DNA from: Octopus sinensis
Taxonomy: Eukaryota
Length of the DNA stretch: 64,000 nt
Reading direction: 5' to 3'
NCBI RefSeq assembly: GCF_006345805.1
Contig: NC_043015.1
Coordinates: forward strand, 38,750,001-38,814,000
Shown here: one piece after another, positions 23,716-36,375 of the stretch
Layout of the letters: each line of letters begins with the position of its first letter
Position numbering within the stretch: the first letter of the stretch is position 1
Translations under genes and position numbers: made by a program
The notes under the pieces: generated by a model
Seen by the model: the letters and a program-made list of their open reading frames with translations, nothing else
What the model was told of the DNA's origin: nothing
Databases searched by the model: none

Positions 23716-26700
23716 GTAAGAGCGTATCTATATGTATGTGTGCATGTGTATACATGTGTCTGTGTGTTTATATGATTGCGTATGTGTGTGTGTGTGAGTG
23801 TATCTGTTGTGATAGTTAATACTAGTGACCTCTCTTATCAAGCTGTAATTTTTTATTTTTGTTTTTCAAATTACTGAACCGTAGGTATTTCTTTGTTGTT
23901 TTCTCGGTAACTGAGAACAGCAAATGAGTTCTTATTTACCTGTGCTTGAGATTAAAAAAAAAAAGAGTCTAAACTTCGGCTGTTTACGTCAACGCCTGCC
24001 ATTACGTGAACGTGGTCTGTTGGTATAATTGTACTTTAGCTTGTTAAATTCATACAAACCCAACGAACGAAATTAATTATTATTGATCACAGTGGAACAC
24101 ATTTTATGGTTAATGTTTATATCTTGACTAACCTTGGTACTACTTGAGAACAGTGGTCCCAGTGCGCGCACTCGCGCTAGCTAGTCGTGACTAGTCGATC
24201 CTACGACTCCCTAGCAAAGTAAATAAAACACAAAATCAATTAATTTTTTTACACAAAGTAAATAAAACACAAAAACACAATGTAAATCATTTTTTAAACA
24301 AAGTAAATAACAAAGCACAAAGTAAGGATCGACTAGTCATGACTAGCTACCGCGGATGCGCGACCCTGCGAGTGCGCGCACTGGGACCACTGTTCTCAAG
24401 TAGTTCCCTTAATGTTTATGTCTTGACTAATCTTTTAGGGTTAACCATTTTTATTATTAATTCCTTATTTTTTAATGATTACTGTCAATAAACTTAGCGG
24501 GAAACTTAATTATCATAATTCGGCAGAAACTTATTAAAACTTTCTTTTAGTATTAATTAATAACGCTAATTAGGGGAATTTTTTTTTTTAAATGGGAGGC
24601 AATTTTTAAACATTGCTTTACATGGATTAATTGAGCTCGACTTTGGATGTTAGTTCAGAACAAAATATTGTCGACGTGGACGTTAAGACTTGAATGGATC
24701 TCCGTCGGTTTCGATGATGATTACTTATCATTTACCCTGATAAAAGCACCGACTCGGGTACCCTTAACGTTTCCTAATGCACCTCACTGGTCCATGCTTA
24801 TTCCTTTGTGATTAATTAATGTGTGTGTCCACTCCTGTTTCAAAATAATTTTGATACCCTTTTTTGTTCTTGATTTTAGATATAATAATACTTTTTTTAA
24901 TAAAAAGCTGATGGCTTTCCGTAACGTTCGTGGTTCCATCATGAATTGAAAATGGTCGAAAATCGCTGGTTTTAAACGATGGTTACCTCGGGCAGGTTGC
25001 GGCTGAACAACACCAAGCATACGGTTAGACATGATTTAGTATCGCCGCACAAGTCATTTAAACTTGTTAATGAAATACAAAATATCCACGAAAAGTCAAT
25101 AACATGGAAGAAATAGCAACAGGGTGGACTTAGGCCGTCTCGGGTCCACCTGAGACTTACATGTCTGGCCCAGTAGAACTGGGGCTTTCAATATTCTGCG
25201 ATCGTTCACTCTACTCCATTCTGGAATTTTCTTCATTTCAGATACGTTTCTGCAACAATATTCCTCGCGTTGATCTTTCCATTGCCCTCTATGTCATAGC
25301 TAGTCCTTTTTTTTTTCGTAGTGGCCGATGTCTCGCCAGCATAAGGGTAGGGTGGTATTATTGAAGAGATAGGTATGCAGGGTCTTGACCAATCTGTTAC
25401 TTGAATACATCTTTAATTAAGGTAAATACCTTCTGCCCTGCTCTTATTGTGTGAGATTTCATCAATAATCTGGTGTTTGGGTGACAAAGGACCAAGACAA
25501 CTGCCGTGCTTTAGAAGATCTGCCCAGTAAAGTGAAGTTCAAGTCCATGACTCCTCCCTCTCCCTCGAAGGGGAACCGCTGCGCCCCTTCCTCCGTACTC
25601 GCTCGATACTACCGTCCCTCAATACTGCTCTTCCCCAGTTGAGGGATCTTGTCCTGCAAGCTACTTGCTAACCTCACTGCTGCTGCGGGTGCCACGTAAA
25701 AGGCACTGAGTACTCTCTGCAAAGTGGTTGGCGTTAGGGGAGGCATCCAGCTGTAGAAACCATGCCAAAAACAGACGGTAAATGATGATGATGATGATGG
25801 CCACACCTTCACCCATGTTCACCACTTGCTGCTTTTCCTTCTATTCCCATCTCTGTCCATCCTTCACCCTCCTTCCACACTCTTGTGAACTTACCCTGCC
25901 AAGTCCCTTGTATCAATTCTCTTATATTCATTCTCCTTTGAGCTTGGGCGTATGCTTGGCCATCATCTCTCATTTCCAACTGGGTTAACCATGTGTTGCC
26001 CTAATTGTGACACACCTGTTCCTGTTCTTTTATCATGCTGTTACCTATCATCACCTGGCATAAAGCCACTTACCTTAACCCTTTCGTTACTGTATTTATT
26101 ATGAGATGTTCTGTGTTTCTTTCAATTAATTTTAAATATAACAAAGAATTTAGTAAAATAACTTCGTTATCATTAAGCTAGTGTTAGGAACATAAATTGT
26201 GACTAAGGTTTGGTGGAAGATTTTAATTCAAAACTTATGAAAACAAGACATTTATATTACAAAGCCAGAGCCAGTTTCAGCCGGATTGGTAATGAAAGGG
26301 TTAACACTCTACACATCGGTGGAAGGATTTGGTTGGTGTTAGGAAGGCTTCCAGCTGTAGAAACTATCAAAGCAGACCTTGGAGCTTGGTTGCAGGCCTC
26401 TAACACACCAGTTCCTATCAAGTCAGCCAACCCATGCCAGCATGGAAAACAGGTGTTAAATGGTGGTGATGTATATATATGAAGTTTCAGCTAAATGGAC
26501 ATGATGAGATTTTAAGGATCTTGACCATGGAAATAACACGCTCCCTTTGATAGGAAATGAACTGCTAACCTCTTGGCACTTTCATCCAGTTTTCTGTTTC
26601 TTATTTGTCTTGTAATGCATCTATCAGTGAAACTAAATTCTTCAAATTCTTCAGCAAATTGTCAGTTCTTTCTAATAAATTAAACTGAAAGAAAAAAATT

Positions 26701-29446
26701 GATTTGAAATTTTTTTTTTTAATGTTTTGGTTTCAACAGCAAATTTTTTATGGTTATTCTTTTTTCACCAGTTAGATTTTGTTTTTTTTATTGCCAACAT
26801 ATTTTTGCAGGAAGAGAAGAAAGAAAAAAAGAAACATTAAAAAATATAAAAGATTAAATTATAAAGAAAAAAAGCAACAAAACCATAAGGACTTCACCTA
26901 GAAAAAGAAAAGGTGGTGGTAGGGGGGATTTAAGAGCAGCAGATGGAACGGGGGTGGAGAGTAACAGCTTGTACACCTCAGAACAAAATCTCAAGGTAAA
27001 AGTGATGAGTAAGATTCGAATGTATTAGGATAAAATTAAAACTATAACGATTTAATTTCAGAGTAATTACTAAAGGAGACTGAGTAATCTAGCTACAAAT
27101 GTTTTTCACAAATTTTTTTTAAATCAAAATTTTCAAAAATTGTGTCTTTTTTGTCTTTTGTCTTCTTTTTCAAGGACGTTTTGGCAACCAAGCAGAACAA
27201 TTTCTTGGTGCTCTTGGTTTTGCAAAAGCCATTAACCGCACAATAGTCTTGCCACCATGGAGAACATATGTAAGATTTTCTTCCTTTAAATTATTAAGAT
27301 GATGATGGTGATCCTAACCATCGTCATTGTCAGTTTCTGCTGATTTTTTTCCATGCTGGCGTGAATTAGATTCATCTGTTCCAGCACAACATTTCCTCAC
27401 ATGTCGCAGTCCTTTGCTGTCTGTCTGATACATACGACAAAAGAGAAAACCATTTTTCGTTGTCGTATGTATCAGGTATTTTAAAATAGGTTGGTCATTT
27501 GTTTTAGCAAAGGTATTCAGCTTTGATATATATAAATATAAAAAAGAACTGACGCTGGTGCCACATAAAAAGCACCCAGTACACTCTGTGGAGTGGTTGG
27601 TGTTAGGAAGGGCATCCAGCCATAGAAACAATGCCAGAACAGATATACTGGACTCTGGTGTGGCTCCTGGCCCTACCAGCTCCAGTCAAACTGTCCAACC
27701 AATGCCAACATAGAAAATATGTTCAATGATGCTGATGATGATGGTATCAACTTTACCACTTTACACTGGGAAATCTACACTCTCTTTCTACTGTGCAATT
27801 TCATTGATCTGCTTTCTCTATATAAACATATCGTTGCCCGAGCGAGATCGTTGCCAGTGCCGCTGGACTGGCTCCTGTGCAGGTGGCACATAAAAAGCAC
27901 CATTTGGGCCTGGCCGTTGCCAGTACCACCAAACTGGCCCTTGTGCTGGTGGCATGTAAAAGCACCCACTACACTCTTGGAGTGGTTGGCATTAGGAAGG
28001 GCATCCAGCTGTAGAAACTCTGCCAGATCAGATTGGAGTCTGGTTCGCCAGACCTCAGTCAAATGGTCCAACCCATGCTAGCATGAAAAACGGACGTTAA
28101 ATGATGATTTTAACATTTCTATTATGCATTGCATACTGTGGCTGGCCACTGTTAAGAACTGCTAAACACTCAACGAAAAATGCCATGATGGAATGAAGGC
28201 ATGTGTCAGCAAAGTTGGTAAGCTCTCTGAACACCTGCTCCAATAGGCACCCATCATTGCCATATCTTTGCCAAAGAGTCAAGGTCCTTTGCAGTGCTGA
28301 AAAGCCGCATCCATGCTGCTAGTGTTTAAGAGAACAATCAACCAATGACATTGCTCCAAATCAGGTTGCAGCCATCATGGGTATGATCCTAGGCTGAATT
28401 TGGTAGTGAGGCCCTGGTACAGGAGTTTCAGGGTTTTAAGGAGCATAGAACCATCTCTTAGCTGCTATTGTTCCAAGGTCTGCTATGACCTGGAGGAGTA
28501 GCACCTGTTGGCGTCCCAGCTATCGGTTAATTAGCAGTGAAGGATCCCTAGTTCTTGTTAGAACTTCCTTCTAAGCGATAGTCATCACCATCATCATTTA
28601 ACGTCCGCTTTCCATGGGTTGGACAATTTGACTTAGGACTGGCGAACCAAATGGCTGCACCAGGCTCCAATCTTGATCTGTCAGAGTTTCTACAGCTGGA
28701 TGCCCTTCCTAACACAAACCACTCCAAGAGTGTAGTGGGTGCTTTTACGTGATATGTGTGTGTGTATAAAGAGAGAGTGATGTGTGTATATATGCATATG
28801 TATATGTGCATGTATGTATATAAATATATATGTACATATCCACATGTTTCTGTCTTCACAGAAAAACATACCATTTGATGAATGGTTTCGTGTTGAGCCT
28901 TTGTCCACGTACCATTCTCTGATCCTAGCAGAAGATTTCATGGCTTATCTCGCACCAACATACTGGCCTCCTGGGAATCGTACGGGCTGGTGTTTCGCAG
29001 TAGGAGAAGACAAAACGAAAGACTGTCGAATGAAAGAAGGTAAGTTATTATTACAATGTCCTCTGTGAGGGTTTTGTTTTGTTTTTCTGATACCAAATGA
29101 TTTACAGAATGGATATATACACACGCATACGAATATATGCACAAACGTGTATAGAAATATGTACACAAACATACAAATATGCAATCCTGTGAATTTACAA
29201 CATGAGACAAAACAAGTTAAATTCCACAATCATACTCTTTACTCTTTACTCTTTTACTTGTTTCAGTCCTTTGACAGTGGCCATGCTGGAGCACCGCCTT
29301 TAGTCGAGCAAATCGACCCCAGGACTTATTCTTTGTAAGCCCAGTACTTATTCTATCATTCTCTTTTGCCGAACTGCTAAGTGACGGGGACGTAAACACA
29401 CCAGCATCGGTTGTCAAGCAATGCTAGGGGAACAAACACGGACAAA

Positions 29447-29492
<46 letters not shown>

Positions 29493-30046
29493 CATATATA
29501 CGACAGGCTTCTGTCAGTTTCCGTCTACCAAATCCACTCACAAGGCATTGGTCGGCCCGGGGCTAAAGCAGAAGACACTTGCCCAAGATGCCACACAGTG
29601 GGACTGAACCCCGAACCATGTGGTTGGTTAGCAAGCTACTTACCACACAGCCACTCCTAAACTACCAAGTGCACATATGGAATGTGTATAATGACGGTAG
29701 GGTTGTGTGTGTCTGCATGCACATATTTATTTATAAAATTCAAACTTAGTTCAAGGGAGTTATTACCCAGTGATGTATATTTATTCGCTTACTCCAGAAT
29801 CTCATGAGATCTTATCTTTTAATCCAAGATGGAGACAAACAGTAATGTCCATGTGGCAAAACGTGAACAATTGTTGAGAGATATCTCACTTAACATGAAA
29901 CCAATGGTAGCCTGGTTATCCCACAAAGTATATATATATATATATATATAACCACATGTGAAACCAGCTTTCCTTCCCTGAGCTAATACTTTACCACGTC
30001 CGCTTGTTGTTGTTTTTTTTTGGTGTTGTTCTTTTTTTTGGATTTA

Positions 30047-30077
<31 letters not shown>

Positions 30078-33000
30078 CAAAATAAGCAACAAGGATATCC
30101 AGAGGTAATGCAGTACGATCGTTTCAAGCGACTCCATTTAATTGAACAATGCAATCATTACATCAATTTAAATGCAGAGCAATCCTCAGCTGCATAAAGA
30201 AATAGAATTTAATTAAATTAAAACAGTTGGACACATTAGTATAATTTTACTTAAACACTCCAAGAAGGTAAGGAGATCATCAAAGAACATGCTGCCTTCA
30301 CTTCAGCTTAGAAGCTACTAAGGTATCAGAAAGAAAGACTTGTTACAGATTTTGCTTGTCACTGTTTTATGGGGTCAGTTTTAATTTATAGACTAGTTTT
30401 ATCAAATCTTTGTGTATCTAAGGCCGAAAGAACAAGGAGCAGTGTCTGTTAGGAAGGGGACTGAGGGAGTCGACAGAAATCATAGTGGGTATAGTCATAT
30501 ATATGAAGCAATTTGAGCACTTAAGCCCAGGTAGACTTGTACCTTATACATTGAGCCATCTCGTGATACAATCATTCACTGTTACCTTTATAAGATATTG
30601 ATTTCAAATTTTGGTGCAAGGTCAGCAATTTCGGAGGAGGAGATAAGTTGATTCAAACGACCCCAGTGCGTAACTGGTACTTATTTTATTGACCCTGAAA
30701 AGATGAAAGGCAAAGTCAACCTTGGCAGAATTTGAACTTGGAAAGTGAGGACAGATAAAATGCCACTAAGCATTTTACCTGGTGTGCTAACGATTCTGCC
30801 TGCTCACCTTAGTATCATATTGTTTAAAGTCTTAAATGATTGTCAACAAATGTTTTGGTGTTTAGTCCCCAGTCAGGCTAATGGTCAAAGATTTCCTAAC
30901 ATGGTCATCCTGTCTATTTCTCGGGCCCATAGTATATAGTGATTTGAGAGCAATTTCGGTTGCTATTCCTTGTAGGTCAGATGACTATGTGTAGGCTTTT
31001 ACGATGGCTCGTGTGCAATCTTATATATTTTACTTAGTGATTCATCCATCACTACTTCAGCAATTATGGGGAAGACTATGTTTTGCTGAAGAGGTCAGAA
31101 TAAGCCGGAAACATGCCCAGAGTTGTGTCTCCAGTATTTTTACTCAGGTAAGTTAGTATTAACATATTTAATGCATGGAGCAATAAAAAAGCTAATTACG
31201 ACTAAGTATGCAGTGATCAAACAATGATATTAACGACTAATATTATTTTCATGTTTCCATTAAATACAATTGACCACATGGGTTATGTCTCATCAGCAAA
31301 GCATAAACTTTACCATTTTTACCAAAGTAAGGACTAAAGAATCACTAAGTAAATTTATGCAATTGTACATTTATTAATTTAGGAAAATAGAATTTTGTTT
31401 TGTTTCCTTCCTGTTTGGATCTGTTTTTCCAGGCTAGACTAGGTTAGACAGGTATATTACTGAAGCATTGTTCTTCAGCCGGGTACTCTTTGTCCTTTCT
31501 CTAACCCTTACTTGTTGTTGAGCAAGGGGTCTCTTGTTTCTACGTAGCTTCAAGGGCACAAAGCCATCGAATAATATGTTAATAGGGAAAAATGAAAACA
31601 ACATCACTGCTTCTAGCTCAGTGATTTTTGCAGAGAACAAATGTAAACAAACACACAGATAAATATATATATACACACAGGTGCAGGCATGGCCATGTAG
31701 TAAGGAGTTTGCTTCCTAACCATGTGGTTCCAGGTTCAATCCTACTGCGTGGCACCTTGGCCAAGTATCTTCTATAGCCTCGAGCAGACCAATGCTTTGT
31801 GAGTGGATTTGGTTGATGGAAACTGAAAGAAGCCTGTCGTGCGTGTATGTATATATGTGTATGTATATGTGTGTGTGTCTTTGTGTACTGGGGTCAATCT
31901 AATCAACTGGCCCCCCTTCCCCAAAAATGTTGGGCCTTGTGCCTAGAGTAGAAAAGATTATTATTATTATTAAGGCAGTGAGCTTGTAGAATCGTTAGCA
32001 TGCTGGGCAAAATGCTTCGTGGCATTTCATCCGTCCTTACGTTCTGAGTTCAAATTCTGCCGAGGTCCACTTTGTCTTTCATCCTCCTTTTGGGGTCAAT
32101 AAATTAAGTACCAGTGAAACACTGGGGTCATTGTAATCAACTTGTCCCCCTCCCTTAAATTTCAGGCCTTGTGCCTATAGTAGAAAGGATTATTATTATT
32201 ATTATTAAGGTGGTGAGCTGGCAGAATTCTTTGCAGCATTTCGTCCATCCTTATGTTCTGAGTTCAAATTCTGCCATAGTCAATTTTGCTTTTCATCCTT
32301 TCAGGGTCAATAAATTAAGTACCTCCCCCCATCTCCAAAATTTCAGGCCTTGTGCCTTGAGTAGAAAGGATTATTTAAGGCAACGAGTTGGCAGAATTGT
32401 TAACATGCTTGGGCAAGTTTCTCAGCAGTATTTCATCTGTCTTCATGTTCTCATTTAATGACGACGATGATGATGATGACGATGACCATGATGATGATGA
32501 TGCTGATGATGATGGTGATGAGGATGAGGATGATGATGATGATGAGGATGACGATGATAACGATGATGATGACAATGATGATGATGACGATAATGATGAT
32601 GACGATAATGATGATGATGACGACGATGATGATGATGACGATAATGATGATGAGGATGATGATGACGACGACGATGATAATGACGACGATGATGATGATA
32701 ATGATGATGACGACGACGACGATGATGATGATGACGATGATGCTGATGATGACGATGATGCTGATGGTGATAATGACAAAGACGACAATGATGATGATGA
32801 GGATGAGTCAGCAGAAATGGCTGCCATCACCTTTACAGAAATGACAATAATGTTTGATAACGATTCAACGTTGATTTTACTCCTACAAAGATAACAACAT
32901 AAAGAAAGAGGTGAAACTGTTATTGATTTGTTTTAATTCTGGGTCAGGAGAAGCGGAGGAGCATCCAACAAAACACGACGCTGAGTTGATTTAGTTCACA

Positions 33001-33941
33001 GTCACTTACGTTTCCAAGTTCAAATTTCACCTCAATTACTGTTACCCCCAGGGTTGATAAAATAAGGAACCAGTTACATATTGGGGTCGATGTAACTGAC
33101 TCTACATCCCCACCACCCCAAAAAAAAAACCAGTTTGAACTCTGCCATTCTGCTGCTCTTTATAATGGTGGTGATGATGATGGAAATGATGATGATGATG
33201 ATGATTATTGTGGTGGTGGTGGTGATGATGATGATGATGTCTTCTGTAGGTTGAAGGCCAAGTAGTGTCTCGAATGGGAACAATGATTAATTACTTAATG
33301 CAGAATCAACCTGGACAAGATTTGAACTCAAATGTAAAAGAACTCTAACTAGATACTACATAGCAATTTTATTTGGGGCTCTAACAATCCACCTCCTCCT
33401 CCAACAACAACAACAACACCACCACCATCATCCTTTCCGCTATAGACACAAGAAATTTTGGGGGAGGGGGTCTAGTTCATTACTTTGACCCCAGTGCATA
33501 ACTGATATGTAATAATAATAATGATAATAATTTAACAATCTTTCTGTTTCCTGGATTGTGTATATCGTTTTGTTTTTACTTGCAGGGAACCCATTTGGAC
33601 CCTTCTGGGATGGCCTGGGTGTTGATTTTGATGCCAACATGCCTTACAAAGTCACTTACCAATTACCAGAACTATGGAAAGAAAGGTAACTATATCTCTA
33701 ACGACTGTTTATTCTTATCTTAAACGAGGCACAAAGCTAGGTCTCCTTTTCTTTTCTCCCTCTACTTGGTTGCTCATAGGTTTGGCTCCGACTTTAATAC
33801 TGTACATATATATATATATTTAAAATTTCGACATTTTAAAAAAGCTGATGTAATACTTACAGTGTTTAATAAAAAAAATGAAGGAGCATGAAACAATTGT
33901 ACCACTCTACCTCGGATATACTTGTTGCTTATTTTGATATG

Positions 33942-33974
<33 letters not shown>

Positions 33975-35763
33975 CTGCTACCTTCTGTCAGAATCTTGTG
34001 ATTCCATTCAGGTCATCGTCATTTAACGTCTGTTTTCCATGCTGGCATGAGTTTAGACATCATCATCACCATTTAACGATAAAGCAGACATTTAAGCAAA
34101 AGCATTCCTACCACGACAATCCCCCTATGTTTCCCAGAAACAGTGCACACAGAATTGTACTGTCTAATATGTCCTTTGCTAAGACAGTAGGGTGTTGTGA
34201 TTTAAACCTTCCACCAAACCTTAGTCACAATTAATGTTCCTAAAACTAGCTGAATGATAAAGAAGTTATTTTACTAAATTCTTTTGTTATATTTAAAATT
34301 AATTGAGAGAAAAACAGAGCATCTCAAAATAAATACAGTAATGAAAGGGTTAAAGAGAGTAGCAATGTATTTCGAGGAGACTTCACTCCTACTTCTAGCA
34401 TGTTGAGTGACCACATAAAAGCTCCCTACGTGTAATTATGATATTTTGTTTATTTATTGTGTATGTTATGTATGTTTTTTTTCCCCCACTTCTTTTTGTT
34501 TAAAGGTACCCATCATCGAAATACCCAGTGGTTGCCATGCGAGGAGCGCCTTCCAGCTTCCCCGTATCAGAACAATACGCTTCACTCCACAAATATCTTT
34601 ATTGGTCTGACGCCATTGAAGCACGAGTCAACGATTACATTGAAGACACGTTTGAAGGCAAAGACTTCATTGGCATTCACCTACGGAATGGTGTAGACTG
34701 GGTGAGTGATGGAACCTGCTTCACCATTTCATGTCTCTTCACTACAACAACAACAACAATTTGGGTTTGAGTATGTTGTTGCTGTTGTTCTTCTTTCTTC
34801 ATCTACTTCACCTTCTCCTTCTTCTTTCTTTTCTCCATTTTTGTCTTCTTTCTTCTTCTTCATTTCCTCTTCCTTTTCCTCCTTCATCTTTACTCTTTTT
34901 ACTCTCTTTTGCTTGTTTCAGTCATTTGACTGTGGCCATGCTGGAGTACCGCCTTTAGCCGAGCAAACTGACCCCAGGACTTATTCTTTGTAAGCCTGGT
35001 ACTTATTCTATCAGTTTCTTTTGCCGAACTACTAAGTTACAGGGATGTAAACACACCAGCATCGGTTGTCAAGCAATGTTGGGGGGACAAACACACACAC
35101 ACATGCATATATATGACGGGCTTCTTTTCAGTTTCCATCTACCAACTCCACTTACAAGGCTTTGGTTAAACAAATTTCATAGAGTTAGGCAATTTAGGCC
35201 TTAACGTTAGGCAAATTGGGACATGAATGTACATAATAGAGAAATGAAGTTAATTTGTATGACTTTCTCATTATTATTATAAGACCTGGTAGGAATTCAA
35301 AATTTTATGGTCAGGGGGTACAAAATGAAGTCTTTTGTGTAAAGATGTGTGTGTTACTGTTTTAATGACTGAATTATTAATGTTAATGTTAATTATATGC
35401 CTTGTTTTCCTTAGGTGAACGCCTGTGCTAATGTCGATAAGTACAACATGACTTCTTACATGGCCTCACCTCAGTGTCTCGGCTACGGAGGAGATCGTTT
35501 AGTGACGCACCAGATTTGTCTCCCGTCGGCTGATGAAATCGTTAGGTACAGTGAGCAGATTCTTATTCTCTTACCGGAAACACACCCACACACACCCACA
35601 CACCCACACACACCCACACACACCCACACACACCCACACACACATAAGTATGCATGCACCACTGCACACAAGTGTTTATATATAGACGCACCATAACATA
35701 TGTATGTATCATCACATGATCTACACACATACACATACGCACTCATGTGCACACACACACAAA

Positions 35764-35811
<48 letters not shown>

Positions 35812-35992
35812 GTATATATATATATTGTATATATATATATATAGATATAGATATATATAGATATAGATATATATGTATTATATATATATGTATATATATA
35901 TTATGTATATATATATATGTATATTATATATATGTATATATATATATATGTTATATATATATATGTATATATATATATGTATAATATATATG

Positions 35993-36025
<33 letters not shown>

Positions 36026-36054
36026 GTATATGTATAATATATATGTATATGTAT

Positions 36055-36086
<32 letters not shown>

Positions 36087-36336
36087 GTATATATATTATA
36101 TATATATATGTAATATATATATATGTATATATGTATATATATATATGTATATATGTATATATATATAATGTATATATGTATATATATATATGTATATATG
36201 TATAATATATATGTATATATGTATATATATATATGTATATATGTATATATATATATGTATATATGTATATATATATATGTATATAGTATATATATATATA
36301 TATAATATGTATATATATATATATATATATGTTATA

Positions 36337-36375
<39 letters not shown>

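Noticed and set aside
32375-32894. Poly-Asp, poly-Ser and poly-Met ORFs
   Set aside because: Translations of an intronic GAT/GAC microsatellite
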